A DNA stretch of 64,000 bases, taken from the sequence record NC_070956.1; one strand, given 5' to 3'. Both the position numbers and the translations under genes were made by a program. Below, piece by piece: positions 19,122-29,331 of this stretch (positions are counted from its first letter, which is position 1; each line of letters begins with the position of its first letter). A model generated the notes under the pieces. The model saw only the letters and a program-made list of their open reading frames with translations, made no database searches and had not been told where the DNA came from.

Positions 19122-20234
19122 ATGATACTTGAAGCCGTTTCGTTTGGTCAGATGCTCAGTACCGTAGCCAAGATCTTTGGTAAGGGTAAGGATCTGACTG
19201 ACGCCATCGATCCCGTGCTGGATACCGCCGCTAAAGCGATGAACCTGATGAACACACGCAGTGTTTCACAGTCTGCATCACGCACGCTCATCTCCCCTAT
19301 GGTTGCGATCGAACGCGATCTGATCCACCAGGAGTACATGACCGACGTCGTTACAGTCGTCAACATCCGTGACATCAAAGACGCCCTCTCCCACCTTGCT
19401 TTGCAGGGTGAAGTAGACGGTATCAAAATCAGTCACTTGATCGATCAGATCAACCCCCGTCGTGCCGGTCTTCTGGCACTGTCCGGTCTGGAAGCTTTCT
19501 CCGGTAATGAGTCGGCAGCTCCTGTTCAGAATAAGGGAACGAAGATCCCTGCGACAGGTAAAGAGTCTCCTCGTGTCAGCATTGGTGGCAAGGAATACTC
19601 CGACCTGACTACCTTCCAACCGCTCGCTGTAGGCCGGACAGTTATCGCTTCTGTACGGATCGGTAGTGGCAACCCGGTAGAGTTTCCGCTCAATTTCCGT
19701 CAGGTTCCAATTCCTGTCTCTTCAAATGATCTGGAAGCTATCTTCTCGGCGGCTCGTTCTACCGATGGTTTCTTCGGTCGTATCAGCATGTTGCAGGGTG
19801 GTGAAATCACTCTTCCCGAGTTCCTCACTGGTACTGATGAGATCAAACGTGAATTCAATATTCGCATGAACGATCTCTCCGGCTATTACAGTGAAGCAAT
19901 GGCTCGTGATAGCAACAACAAGAAAGCGGCACTGCGGACTGGTCTGGTTTCCATGAACACCATGGCTAACACCATCATCATGTCCAAGGCCACTGCCAAT
20001 CAGATCGAGCTGGAACACGGTCTCCGTTTCGATCGTAACGGTATCACCAAGATCCGTCAGAAAGTGATGGCCAACACTATCGTTATCATCGATGACGACT
20101 CCGGACTGTTCACATTCTGGAACGCCGGCCAACCTCTGCCGGAACAGTACACTCGTCGCGAGATCCAGGTAACCGCTAAGAAGGATACCTCCATGGATCT
20201 GGCATCCCTCATGAAAATGTTCAACGGGCGGTAA
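19122..20234 (+). CDS. Internal head protein (gp89-like)
   Basis: 370 aa; SGLEAFSGNES double G-x-E site; TAGGAG RBS. Confidence 0.6.
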   Translation: MILEAVSFGQMLSTVAKIFGKGKDLTDAIDPVLDTAAKAMNLMNTRSVSQSASRTLISPMVAIERDLIHQEYMTDVVTVVNIRDIKDALSHLALQGEVDGIKISHLIDQINPRRAGLLALSGLEAFSGNESAAPVQNKGTKIPATGKESPRVSIGGKEYSDLTTFQPLAVGRTVIASVRIGSGNPVEFPLNFRQVPIPVSSNDLEAIFSAARSTDGFFGRISMLQGGEITLPEFLTGTDEIKREFNIRMNDLSGYYSEAMARDSNNKKAALRTGLVSMNTMANTIIMSKATANQIELEHGLRFDRNGITKIRQKVMANTIVIIDDDSGLFTFWNAGQPLPEQYTRREIQVTAKKDTSMDLASLMKMFNGR

Positions 20235-20237
20235 TAA

Positions 20238-21113
20238 ATGATCCTGATCAAAAACACCAAGAAGGAAGATGTTTCTCTCCGTCTTGAAAACGAAATCAAC
20301 TATGTCGGCGGTCTGCTCGATACCATTCGTCTTCTGAACAAGGTAAGCCCCGATCAGTGGAACAAGATGGCTGACTACGCCAACAGCAATGCTGTTATGA
20401 AATCCATCGAAGCCGGTGTCAAGAAAGGGATCCATCCCAAACTGTCCACTGTCGATGCGATCTCCGCTGCACTGTCCAACCTGGCCATCTGGATGCCGAA
20501 GCTGAAGGATCGTCTCAAGAAGTCCAGTACCAAGATCTTCGATACCGAAACGATCACTTTCCGTGAACGCGGTATCCTGGACGCTATTTCCGCGGTGAAC
20601 TTCTTCAACCGCTACGCTTCCATGTATCTGGACATCCTGCTGGAGCAAGGTTACAAGAAGTCCGACATTTCCAAGTTGCTGACCCGTCACGACCTGACCT
20701 TCTTCAACGACACCGCCAAGCACTTCGTGACCATCCTGGTTCGTTTCAACCAATCCGTTAAGGATCTGGAAGGGATGCTCGATGCACTGTCCGAAGAGCT
20801 GGCTGATGAAATGTCTGAACAGATCCTCGGTGAGACCACCGGTGCCGCTTCTGTCAGCATTCGTCATGGTCTGGCTCCGCACCAACTGAACCCGGTCTAC
20901 TGGTATCGCCTGTGGCGGATGGAGCGTGACGTCAAGTCCATCGAAGTCAACCAGAAGCGTATCGAGATCCTCGCTATGAAGATCGCGCGCCTGAATAACC
21001 AGCGCACTGGTCAGGATGATCCGGCACTGGATAACACCATCAACATCTATCAAGACAAAATCATCAAGATGGATGCCGAGATCCGTGAAATCGTGGAGAA
21101 ACACCGTGGCTAA
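20238..21113 (+). CDS. Head protein (gp90-like)
   Basis: 291 aa, C-terminal coiled coil, strong codon bias. Confidence 0.6.
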   Translation: MILIKNTKKEDVSLRLENEINYVGGLLDTIRLLNKVSPDQWNKMADYANSNAVMKSIEAGVKKGIHPKLSTVDAISAALSNLAIWMPKLKDRLKKSSTKIFDTETITFRERGILDAISAVNFFNRYASMYLDILLEQGYKKSDISKLLTRHDLTFFNDTAKHFVTILVRFNQSVKDLEGMLDALSEELADEMSEQILGETTGAASVSIRHGLAPHQLNPVYWYRLWRMERDVKSIEVNQKRIEILAMKIARLNNQRTGQDDPALDNTINIYQDKIIKMDAEIREIVEKHRG

Positions 21114-21630
21114 AGAGTTCCGTCATGCTCGGTTCGGTATGATCCCCAGTGATCTGTCCCAACCTATGATGGACATGAATGAACAGGTGTTCAAGAGCTT
21201 CCTCCGTAATTGTGGGACGGGAGCTCTCATGTCCAGCCTCGACAGCCATGTGGAGATCTTCTCCCTTGGCTCTCATTACATCGGCGATAACTTCCGTAAC
21301 TGGCTGATCGCCAACTACTACAACGGTAAGGGTGTACGCTCTGAACTGGTTAGCAAAATTGTTGCCTACATTCAGGGTGAAGTGACTGGCAATGCGGTGA
21401 CCAATCAACTGAAGATTGATAACACCAAACTGACTTACGCTCCTCCCGGTAAGCAGATCGCTCAACCTATGTTGTTCAAGGTGGACGATTTCCGTTCCAA
21501 GAAAGATCCCGTGGAGCATGTCAACTTCAATGTGGTCAAGAACGAGCATATGTACGACTTCTTTGCTCTGATTGGTCCTGAAGGTTTGGCGCGTCTCTGC
21601 CTCAGCCTGGATGGTACTGCAAATGGATAA
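21106..21630 (+). CDS. Hypothetical protein (about 174 aa; GTG start at 21106)
   Basis: GGAG at 21095-21098 then GTG overlapping the previous gene end; the longer track start is unlikely. Confidence 0.7.
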   Translation: MAKEFRHARFGMIPSDLSQPMMDMNEQVFKSFLRNCGTGALMSSLDSHVEIFSLGSHYIGDNFRNWLIANYYNGKGVRSELVSKIVAYIQGEVTGNAVTNQLKIDNTKLTYAPPGKQIAQPMLFKVDDFRSKKDPVEHVNFNVVKNEHMYDFFALIGPEGLARLCLSLDGTANG

Positions 21631-22891
21631 AGATCTCGAAACCAAACTGTTAATGAGTGAGGTTTCTCTGGCCAAGATCGACGACGTGGAGAAGATGACC
21701 AAAGAAGCGAAAGCTGCTGTTCATAATCTCCGTACCGACGTTCGTGTCAAAGACCGGGTTGAAGAGATCCTCAAAGAAGTGGAATCTCGTCAGGACTATG
21801 AGCTGACAACTTCCTTTATCCAACAAGTGGATTCCGAAATCAATGAATATGGCCGGTCCAAGATTGGTCGTAATGGAATGATCAGTGTGGCTGGTACCGA
21901 AGCGTTCGGTCTCACCATCATGCCGCGTGATTGGCGTTCCAGTCGTCTGGAAGCACTGCGTGATCTCCTCGCCGATACTTATAAGAACATCAAGCGTTGG
22001 GCAAACCAACTCGAAGATTCCTTTAAGGATCGTTGGACTGAGATCTCCACCACTCTGGAAGTGATCAGAACGCGCGTAGACAACGTTGAAGAACACCTGG
22101 ATATGGTTCAGGGTCTTCGGGACGAATGTCGCACTGTGACGATCCCAGGCATCGTGGTGAAGGCACTGACCAAGGGTAGCGAACCTGTACCCAAGGATAT
22201 CTCCAGTTCTGTCATCAAAGACATCAACTACTTTGCTTCAGTAATGAAGTTTGTTGAAGCCGAAGAAGTGCGTGTCAAGAACGCGATCACCAAGTATTTC
22301 GGTAACCCTAAGCTCAAAGACATGTCCAGCATAGTGTTTGGGACCCCCCGTATCCTGGATGTTCGAGTTAAGAGTGAAGACCAGTCTGACGTTGGTAAAT
22401 ACGTTGAAATGGCCAGCCGTCCGTTCCTGGAAGGTTTCCGTATCAACTGCAAGGCGATCGATCCTCGTTTCCTCAAGAACGGTTACGAGCCGGGTGCTGG
22501 TAACACCGACCTGGTGTCCATGATGGTTGAATGTGGAATCGACTTGCAGCGTGTTGAGCGCCGTGAAAGCAAGGAAGAGACAATCAAAACTCTTACTCTT
22601 TCCGATCTCTTCACTCTGACTAGCGCTGTCAAGGATATGGTTCTTTACATTGAACGTGCCAATGACAAAGACAGTCCGCTCAACATGAACCCGTCTGAAG
22701 TCAAGGATAACCTGGCGACCCTGAAGAGTAACGAAGACGAGAAGGAGCGAGCCGATCACTATGTCGCTCTCGCCACCGATTACCAATTCCGTCTGAATGC
22801 ACTCCGGGCTGACATTGCCAGTTATCTTACTGTTCTGACAAGTCATCTGCTCACGTTCATCACACTCAACCTGGAGTGTTACGATGCCTAA
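21623..22891 (+). CDS. Internal head protein family member (MDKDLETK start)
   Basis: About 422 aa; VAGTEAF site; ATG overlaps the previous gene end. Confidence 0.6.
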   Translation: MDKDLETKLLMSEVSLAKIDDVEKMTKEAKAAVHNLRTDVRVKDRVEEILKEVESRQDYELTTSFIQQVDSEINEYGRSKIGRNGMISVAGTEAFGLTIMPRDWRSSRLEALRDLLADTYKNIKRWANQLEDSFKDRWTEISTTLEVIRTRVDNVEEHLDMVQGLRDECRTVTIPGIVVKALTKGSEPVPKDISSSVIKDINYFASVMKFVEAEEVRVKNAITKYFGNPKLKDMSSIVFGTPRILDVRVKSEDQSDVGKYVEMASRPFLEGFRINCKAIDPRFLKNGYEPGAGNTDLVSMMVECGIDLQRVERRESKEETIKTLTLSDLFTLTSAVKDMVLYIERANDKDSPLNMNPSEVKDNLATLKSNEDEKERADHYVALATDYQFRLNALRADIASYLTVLTSHLLTFITLNLECYDA

Positions 22892-23846
22892 CATCAATGC
22901 AACCTTGGAAATCGCAATGCGTGAAATGCACTGTGGTTTCGTTGTGGATGGTAATGAGTCGTATCTCACCGATATGTTCTCGACCACCAAGACCGCTATT
23001 TTCAGTGCGGTTAAACAAGGTGCGGGTAAGGCCAGCGAAAGTCTTGTAAGAGCGTTGCGTAATGCTGATCAAGCTCTGCTCAAAGCAATCGGTGCACGCC
23101 GATTGCTTCTTTCCACAATGGTCAACCGTGCCAACCGTGACGGCGTTAAAGAGGAAATCACTTTCCCGGCAGGTTTGCTGAGCCGGACAACTGTGAAAGG
23201 TTATCCCGGAGACATCGTCAAATCGATTGAAGTGTTGATGGAAGCTATCAAACAGGTAGCTGACTACGAACAAGACCTGGAAGGATTCTACGAGAAGCAA
23301 CTCGCTCTCCTCAAATCTATCACCAAGATCAAGGACACCAAGGAAGCCGCCGAACTCATCACCAAACTGGATGATATGAAGCGGCCCGCTCCCAAGTTCC
23401 CTGACAGTGTTAATTCTATGTCGAAGAGAACCAAGCTTTTGCCGGGTGGTCGTGACTTCGCTTATAACTCCGAGACCGATCGTTTCTCGATTGGTAACTC
23501 TGATGTTGACGCCAAGGATGAAACTACATCCTTTGCTAAGGAAGACATGATCCGTATTCTCGCTATGTTGAACAAACTTATCGAGACGTACACTTCCATC
23601 AGTAAGGCTAACGAGCGTTATGCAAAGCACGTTTCCGAATTCAATACTGTGGTAGGTAAGAGCTTTTCTCACCTTGAAGGTCTCAAGGGTTCTGTTAGCG
23701 CCACTTTGCTGAACGATCTCTCCGGTCGTCTCAATGGTGATGCTAGCACCTTTGCTTTCTATACCGGCTTCCTCCCCAAGGTAGTTTTGGTTGTAGACAA
23801 TCATGTGGAAGAACTCACGTCCTTCTTAAGTAAACACTTTAATTAA
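22884..23846 (+). CDS. Internal head protein family member
   Basis: 320 aa; DGNESY site followed by an amphipathic helix. Confidence 0.6.
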   Translation: MPNINATLEIAMREMHCGFVVDGNESYLTDMFSTTKTAIFSAVKQGAGKASESLVRALRNADQALLKAIGARRLLLSTMVNRANRDGVKEEITFPAGLLSRTTVKGYPGDIVKSIEVLMEAIKQVADYEQDLEGFYEKQLALLKSITKIKDTKEAAELITKLDDMKRPAPKFPDSVNSMSKRTKLLPGGRDFAYNSETDRFSIGNSDVDAKDETTSFAKEDMIRILAMLNKLIETYTSISKANERYAKHVSEFNTVVGKSFSHLEGLKGSVSATLLNDLSGRLNGDASTFAFYTGFLPKVVLVVDNHVEELTSFLSKHFN

Positions 23847-23898
23847 ACTGTTTCTCACTAAGTTCTGTTTTGAACGTTCATAACTGAAAGGAATAAAT

Positions 23899-25065
23899 AT
23901 GTCTCTGCATACTGTATTCGCTAGCGTTGCTGGCCAAGAAGACTCCAGCGTAGCTGTCGTTACCGAAGCTACCGTCGAGCAACTGGTTGAAGCCCAGGTT
24001 GAGGCCGAAGTAGCCGAAGCGACTGCCGAAGTAGCCGAAATCGAGAAGGACATGGACAAGATCGAACTGTCCATGGACGCGATCGAAGACAAGGTTGAAG
24101 AGCTGGAAGAAGCCATCGAAGGCATGGAATCCATGCTGGCTGGTTCCGTCGAGTTCAACGCCGGTCTGTTCGCCCACCAGTTCGCCCAGGCTACCAAGAT
24201 CGCCAACCGTTTCGGTGGTGAGCAAGTTGCCGTTCTGGGTGCCGAGTCCCTGGCCGATGCCGGTACTGCTCAGCTGAACGCTGTTGCCGGTATCGAATCC
24301 TTCAAGGAAAAGCTGTCCGCCGGTGCTAGCGCCGTCAAGGGCTTCTTCGTTGAGCTGTACAACAGCTTCATCAACTTCGTCACCGGTATCTTCAACAAGT
24401 ACAAGGCCCTGGGTAACAAGGCTACCGCTCTGAAGACCAAGGTCGAAGCCAAGAAGGAATTCGAAGGCGAAGTCAAGCGTCCGAAGGCTGCTGGCTGGGT
24501 TGCCGCTGATGGTAAGGGTCCGGATGTTGCCGCTCTGATGAGCAAGGTCCTGTCCGACGCCGACGCTGTTGCCACCGGTAAGTGGATGAAGGCTGCCGAC
24601 GCAGTCAACTCCGTCAAGGCCATCGGTCAGTCCAGCCCGTCTGGTTCCACCGAAAACACTGCTACCTTCAAGGTACAGGTTGGTACCGGCGTTGTGACCT
24701 GCGTGGTTCCGAAGACTGAAGCCGGTCTGGGTTCCGCTGACATCGCTGTTGGTTCCGCCTCCACCGATCTGACCGCCATCAAGTCCATGAGCAAAGAAGG
24801 CCTGGTTGGCCTGTGCAACAGCGTCTCCGCTGAAATCGGCAAGATCCAGAGCCAGAAGCTGGACGGTAAAGCCCTGGCCGCCAAGCGCGACAAGGTCATC
24901 GCCGAACTCGAGAAGTACCAGAAAGAGAACGGTGCCAAGAACCAGTCCTACATCGCTGCTGCCCGTGCTGGGCACAAAGCCATCCTGCGCATCCAACGTG
25001 GTGTACTGAAGCTGGGTGAACAGATCCTGGGTGCCAAGCTGGCCCTGGTTGCTGCTCACGTCTAA
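23899..25065 (+). CDS. Abundant inner-body/internal head protein (phiKZ gp93/95/97 type)
   Basis: 388 aa; acidic N-terminal propeptide-like segment, G-x-E sites (GQE, GME, GAE, GIE), Ala/Lys-rich body, extreme codon bias. Confidence 0.65.
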   Translation: MSLHTVFASVAGQEDSSVAVVTEATVEQLVEAQVEAEVAEATAEVAEIEKDMDKIELSMDAIEDKVEELEEAIEGMESMLAGSVEFNAGLFAHQFAQATKIANRFGGEQVAVLGAESLADAGTAQLNAVAGIESFKEKLSAGASAVKGFFVELYNSFINFVTGIFNKYKALGNKATALKTKVEAKKEFEGEVKRPKAAGWVAADGKGPDVAALMSKVLSDADAVATGKWMKAADAVNSVKAIGQSSPSGSTENTATFKVQVGTGVVTCVVPKTEAGLGSADIAVGSASTDLTAIKSMSKEGLVGLCNSVSAEIGKIQSQKLDGKALAAKRDKVIAELEKYQKENGAKNQSYIAAARAGHKAILRIQRGVLKLGEQILGAKLALVAAHV

Positions 25066-25094
25066 GCTGACCTGGGAATAAAGCAATAAGTATT

Positions 25095-25126
25095 GGGGAG
25101 GAGAGAGCTTCGGCTCTCTCCTCCTC
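25095..25126 (+). terminator. UUCG-loop terminator
   Basis: GGGGAGGAGAGAGC-TTCG-GCTCTCTCCTCCTC followed by TTTA. Confidence 0.85.
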
Positions 25127-25182
25127 TTTACCGTCCTTTGTTTATTTTTCAAGAATGCTATGGCTTCTTATAGGAGGACATC

Positions 25183-26286
25183 ATGTCTTTAAGCTTATCC
25201 AATAAAGGTGCCAGTGGAACGACCTCTGATAAAACAGTTGGTGAGACACTTGGTCCCTACGAAGAGAGTATGGCTTTCTTCGAAAAGAAAGAAATTAAGG
25301 TTGATAAGGAGAGTGTTACTTTCCCTAACAAACTTTATGTCGATGGTATTGAATCCATCGTAACCAGTTTCGGTTCTGTTCAGGTTCCTCTTCGTCAATA
25401 CCTGGGTTCCGAGAATGAACAAACGCTGGCTGACGACTATAGTGGTAATGAATCTCTCGGTGAAACACTGAAGAACATCATGAAAGCTATCATCCAGCTG
25501 GCCAAAGACGCAGTTGAGTTTGTGATGAACCTGATCAACAATAAACTCACACGTCTGGATAACGCACTATTCCGTCTGAAGGGTCGTAGGAAGCGTCAGG
25601 GTCTCGCTGATAAGGAAGTTTCTTATCCCATTGGGGTAAGACGTCTGATGATCCCTGGTAAGGTTTCCACTGGTCCTGAATGGATTCCTGCCTCTCTCAC
25701 CGAAGTGAAGAAGTTCTATCAGAGCTACATCAAGACCTATCGTGATCTTACCAAGCTGATCTACATCAGTCCCGATCACTTTAGTCCTGAAGCTCACAAC
25801 GAAAAGATCAACGCCATCATGCGTACTGATATGGGGATGAACATCGCCCAGTCAAACAGCGATGGTTCTGATGCGTATCGTTGTGGTCCGATCCCGGGTA
25901 ACCGTTATTTCTGCTTTGATAGCCGAAGCGACATAAAGGCAGAACGGTCTAGCATCTACTTCACTGACACCACCATGGAAGTGAAGTTGCTGTCCAAGAC
26001 CTTCATGGCCACAGGTCACGTTATCGATAAGACTATTGACGGTATTCAGGAGTTGATTGATGAAGTGCGAAAGAACCAGAAAACTGTTGGCGAGCTCCAC
26101 CGCGAGTTCGAGAAGGCGGTTGTGGGTTTTGAGAAGAGAGAAGGACGAGCAGTCACAGCAGACCAGCGACACTTCCTCAGGTACCTCATCAATCATTCCA
26201 AACGTCAGTCCCAACTGACAGTCCAGTACGTCACCTCTGTATGTGACATCGCCATGGACTTCTGTGACGCAGGTATCCGTAAATGA
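25183..26286 (+). CDS. Internal head protein family member
   Basis: 367 aa; DGIES and SGNES sites followed by the helix LGETLKNIMKAIIQL. Confidence 0.6.
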   Translation: MSLSLSNKGASGTTSDKTVGETLGPYEESMAFFEKKEIKVDKESVTFPNKLYVDGIESIVTSFGSVQVPLRQYLGSENEQTLADDYSGNESLGETLKNIMKAIIQLAKDAVEFVMNLINNKLTRLDNALFRLKGRRKRQGLADKEVSYPIGVRRLMIPGKVSTGPEWIPASLTEVKKFYQSYIKTYRDLTKLIYISPDHFSPEAHNEKINAIMRTDMGMNIAQSNSDGSDAYRCGPIPGNRYFCFDSRSDIKAERSSIYFTDTTMEVKLLSKTFMATGHVIDKTIDGIQELIDEVRKNQKTVGELHREFEKAVVGFEKREGRAVTADQRHFLRYLINHSKRQSQLTVQYVTSVCDIAMDFCDAGIRK

Positions 26287-26819
26287 ACATAGAGATCTCT
26301 ACGATTTGTCGTAAGCGATTGAAGCGTTCAGTGATTTGTCTGTACAACGACCTTACCGACGATACACTCGATGTCGCTGTCGATCCACTTACACTGCACA
26401 ACCATAATGACTCGTGCATTCTGGTTAAGGACGGATTAAGTCACGGTGGGTTGTTGGTTGATAAGATCGACCTGAAAGATTTGTTCCCCGGTACGTTGGA
26501 TATACGACACTACAAGGGTCAAAACAAAGATCATCACCAAGTAGTGATGGACACGTCACAAGAGGGCCTGAATCGCTTTATAAACGATTTCTCCGCCAAA
26601 CACGACTGTGACATGGTGGGTCTCAATCATCCTCTCCTGAACGATCCTGTAAGCTATAGCAAAGAGTTGCTACGAAACTTTGTTCTGTTCTGTCGGTTGC
26701 ATGGGTTCTGGGAACTCGATGCTGTTGATTTGAGCCTGCACATGGATGAGGAGAAACTCTACATGACCGTTGTCAAAACTCATCCGGTCTACACTGGTTC
26801 AATCGAGGTGCTGATATGA
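26283..26819 (+). CDS. Hypothetical protein, possibly tail/baseplate accessory
   Basis: 178 aa, ATGA overlap; C-terminal HPVYTGSIEV. Confidence 0.65.
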   Translation: MNIEISTICRKRLKRSVICLYNDLTDDTLDVAVDPLTLHNHNDSCILVKDGLSHGGLLVDKIDLKDLFPGTLDIRHYKGQNKDHHQVVMDTSQEGLNRFINDFSAKHDCDMVGLNHPLLNDPVSYSKELLRNFVLFCRLHGFWELDAVDLSLHMDEEKLYMTVVKTHPVYTGSIEVLI

Positions 26820-27355
26820 ACGAAACCCTGAATCACGATTTGTTCCTTCTCTTGAAGCAACAGCTTGTGATTGCCGAACTTGTCTCTCTCAATGCTGCTG
26901 TAAAAATCGACGGTATTGAAGTTGACATTAACGAATTGGAGAAGAGCATTGTTAAACTGGTTACTCAGATTGACCAGGACATGACTCCTCCCATTGCACT
27001 CTTGGCTGGACGCAAAGTGAAGGTCGATGTTCGTGGGCTGGCTAACGAGCTCTCTGATAGCCTTTCACGGTACTACGGGGGTCAAGGTGCATGCAATCCT
27101 GAACGTATCGCTTTCCTGGTCCACAAGTGTCCACGCAACGATGAAGTGATCGATCTGTGTAACCTCGAAGAGTACTCTAACTACGACAAGGAAGATGTGA
27201 CCACACTTCTTGTCCAAGTGACTCGCATCACTGATGCTGTTCGAGGTTTCCGCAAAGCCAATGAACGCTCACTGGGTGGTCTGTTGGTATTGGTCAACTT
27301 CATGCAGATTGTCGATATGGTGTTTGAAACCACCAATGAACGTTATGGAGCCTAA
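26816..27355 (+). CDS. Hypothetical protein (179 aa)
   Basis: ATGA overlap, GAGG RBS. Confidence 0.7.
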   Translation: MNETLNHDLFLLLKQQLVIAELVSLNAAVKIDGIEVDINELEKSIVKLVTQIDQDMTPPIALLAGRKVKVDVRGLANELSDSLSRYYGGQGACNPERIAFLVHKCPRNDEVIDLCNLEEYSNYDKEDVTTLLVQVTRITDAVRGFRKANERSLGGLLVLVNFMQIVDMVFETTNERYGA

Positions 27356-27357
27356 CT

Positions 27358-28299
27358 ATGGGTACAGTAACAGATTTACCACAACACAGTTGGGATGAGG
27401 ACGATTATCCCGACGCAGCACTGGCCGTTTCCGATGACATGCCCACGGTATATCCTACTGAGGAACAGCGCGCCAGGGAAGAACAGCAAGAGAGCGATCT
27501 CAAACACGCAGAACTCATCCTGGACGGTTACGGTGAGATGCTGGGCGATAAAGAACCTGGAATGGATATCTCCGGTAATGAAGCCTATGCCAGAACTTGT
27601 CTGGAGCTGAATGGCTACAGTGGGAATGAAGGGTTTGGTGAAGACCTCATGGCGTCTGGCAAAGCCGCGTACGACTCTCTCAAAGAAGTACTCAGTAACA
27701 TCATGAAGTATTTCAAGGGTGACGGTAAGGCACGCGCTGAAGCCGCTGAAGAAGGTAGTAAAACCGCCATCAAAAACCTGGCTGAAAACGAGGATCGTTC
27801 AGCACCGATCAAGAAAGAGTCCGTACTCGCTAAGTCCGCAACCTACGTCGCTAGCCTTCGTGAGACTCAGGTCATCGCTGCTATTCTCAGTAAGCACCCC
27901 GATCTCAAGAAGTCATTCGATGATGTAGTTGCGGCAACTAGCCGGATTGACAACGCGCAAACCGTAGGTCAGTTCGGGGCTTGCTTGGAACTCATGTCCG
28001 GTAAAGCGGCTGCCTGTCTCGATAAGGTTCTCGCACTCGCGGAAGAACAGCTCCGAAATGCAGACACAACTGTTTCTAAACTTCGTTCTCCTAAACGGGT
28101 TGGGGATGCCGAACCCTCCGAGGTAAAGGTCGCAGCTAAAGCCGAACAAAAGGGTGTTGTTGATCAAGGCAAAGAAGCGGTAGCCGATGCTCGTAAGTTC
28201 ACCTCTATTCAGAACACCCTTATCGGGTACCTGAACAAGATTGCCGGTGCCGCCAACTCTGTTGCCAAGGTAAAAGCACCTTCCAAATTCAAGGGGTGA
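27358..28299 (+). CDS. Putative internal head protein, paralog of 7767..8777
   Basis: 313 aa; SGNEAYARTCLELNGYSGNEGF. Confidence 0.65.
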   Translation: MGTVTDLPQHSWDEDDYPDAALAVSDDMPTVYPTEEQRAREEQQESDLKHAELILDGYGEMLGDKEPGMDISGNEAYARTCLELNGYSGNEGFGEDLMASGKAAYDSLKEVLSNIMKYFKGDGKARAEAAEEGSKTAIKNLAENEDRSAPIKKESVLAKSATYVASLRETQVIAAILSKHPDLKKSFDDVVAATSRIDNAQTVGQFGACLELMSGKAAACLDKVLALAEEQLRNADTTVSKLRSPKRVGDAEPSEVKVAAKAEQKGVVDQGKEAVADARKFTSIQNTLIGYLNKIAGAANSVAKVKAPSKFKG

Positions 28300-29222
28300 T
28301 GATTGTGACCTTTACAGAACTGGTTGAACAGAATCTCCCTGAAGGTCACTCCCTTTCGAGAATCTATTCCGTGAGTAAGACCCATTCCGTATTGGAAACA
28401 CACCAAGACGGAATCCCACATGAATACATGATGGAAAAGCTCGACATCTCCGAGTTGTTCATTATACCTCCAGTGGTAGGTCTTCCTCATGCAATAAGTC
28501 GAGACTCTCTTTATAACCTGATGTCAGAACGTTTTGACCTCGGGCTGGTAAAGGGGATTGATTACTTAGACGGGACCATGCAACAAGTAACTGATGACCC
28601 GATGTATGTCACGCTGCCAATACATGAAGACAGCCACGGATATACCGGTGAACTTCGGTTCTACGTTGTTAACGAGAAACGGTCCCTTTCAGGTAATCTG
28701 AAGCGTCGCGATCTCACTGGCTGTGATCACACCATCGTTCTCAATGACTTCAAACTCCGGACCCTCCTTGTGTCCAAGACTTGGGGTTATGGATCTGAAA
28801 AACGGATGTTCTCTTTTGAGACACTCTCGGGTTACTTTGTTTCCCTGTTGATGACTGCCATCAAAGAAACATTCGGTGAAGAACAGGATGTAGTAGAAGA
28901 AGGTCAATTCACTCGTGGTGTAGTGACGGGTTTGTTTAATGACGGTCTTTCCGACATTGCAATCTTCAAGCTCTATAACGGTGTTGAATACCTGATTCGT
29001 TTCTCTTCTCCTAAAGGGGATTTACCACTTCACTTAAAAGAAACTGAAGACGCAAACTTATTGGATGAGAACTCGAAAGAGATCTTAGCCGGGAGTGTGG
29101 AAAGAATCGGGAAAAGTGAGGGGGAAGAAACTATTACTACAGAGGAGGAAGAGATAGCGATAGCTATTGATGACGACTTCCTTATTCCTTCTTTAACTCC
29201 GAAGGAGAATACTCCTAGCTAG
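28296..29222 (+). CDS. Hypothetical protein (308 aa), acidic C-terminus
   Basis: ATGA overlap, AAGGGG RBS. Confidence 0.7.
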   Translation: MMIVTFTELVEQNLPEGHSLSRIYSVSKTHSVLETHQDGIPHEYMMEKLDISELFIIPPVVGLPHAISRDSLYNLMSERFDLGLVKGIDYLDGTMQQVTDDPMYVTLPIHEDSHGYTGELRFYVVNEKRSLSGNLKRRDLTGCDHTIVLNDFKLRTLLVSKTWGYGSEKRMFSFETLSGYFVSLLMTAIKETFGEEQDVVEEGQFTRGVVTGLFNDGLSDIAIFKLYNGVEYLIRFSSPKGDLPLHLKETEDANLLDENSKEILAGSVERIGKSEGEETITTEEEEIAIAIDDDFLIPSLTPKENTPS

Positions 29223-29253
29223 AGAAAGAAGTAAAAGAAAGATAATACAATAT

Positions 29254-29285
29254 CTCTCCTCACTCCCGAAAAGGGGTGAGGAGGG
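29254..29285 (+). terminator. Terminator hairpin
   Basis: CTCTCCTCACTCCC-GAAAA-GGGGTGAGGAGGG followed by TTATGTTTG. Confidence 0.7.
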
Positions 29286-29331
29286 TTATGTTTGTTAAGA
29301 TCTTATGGACTTGTTATAAAGAGGAAAGGAT

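Noticed and set aside
10976-25152. Antisense ORFs of 443, 460 and 424 aa opposite head-protein genes
   Set aside because: Mirror highly biased sense genes; no independent expression signals.
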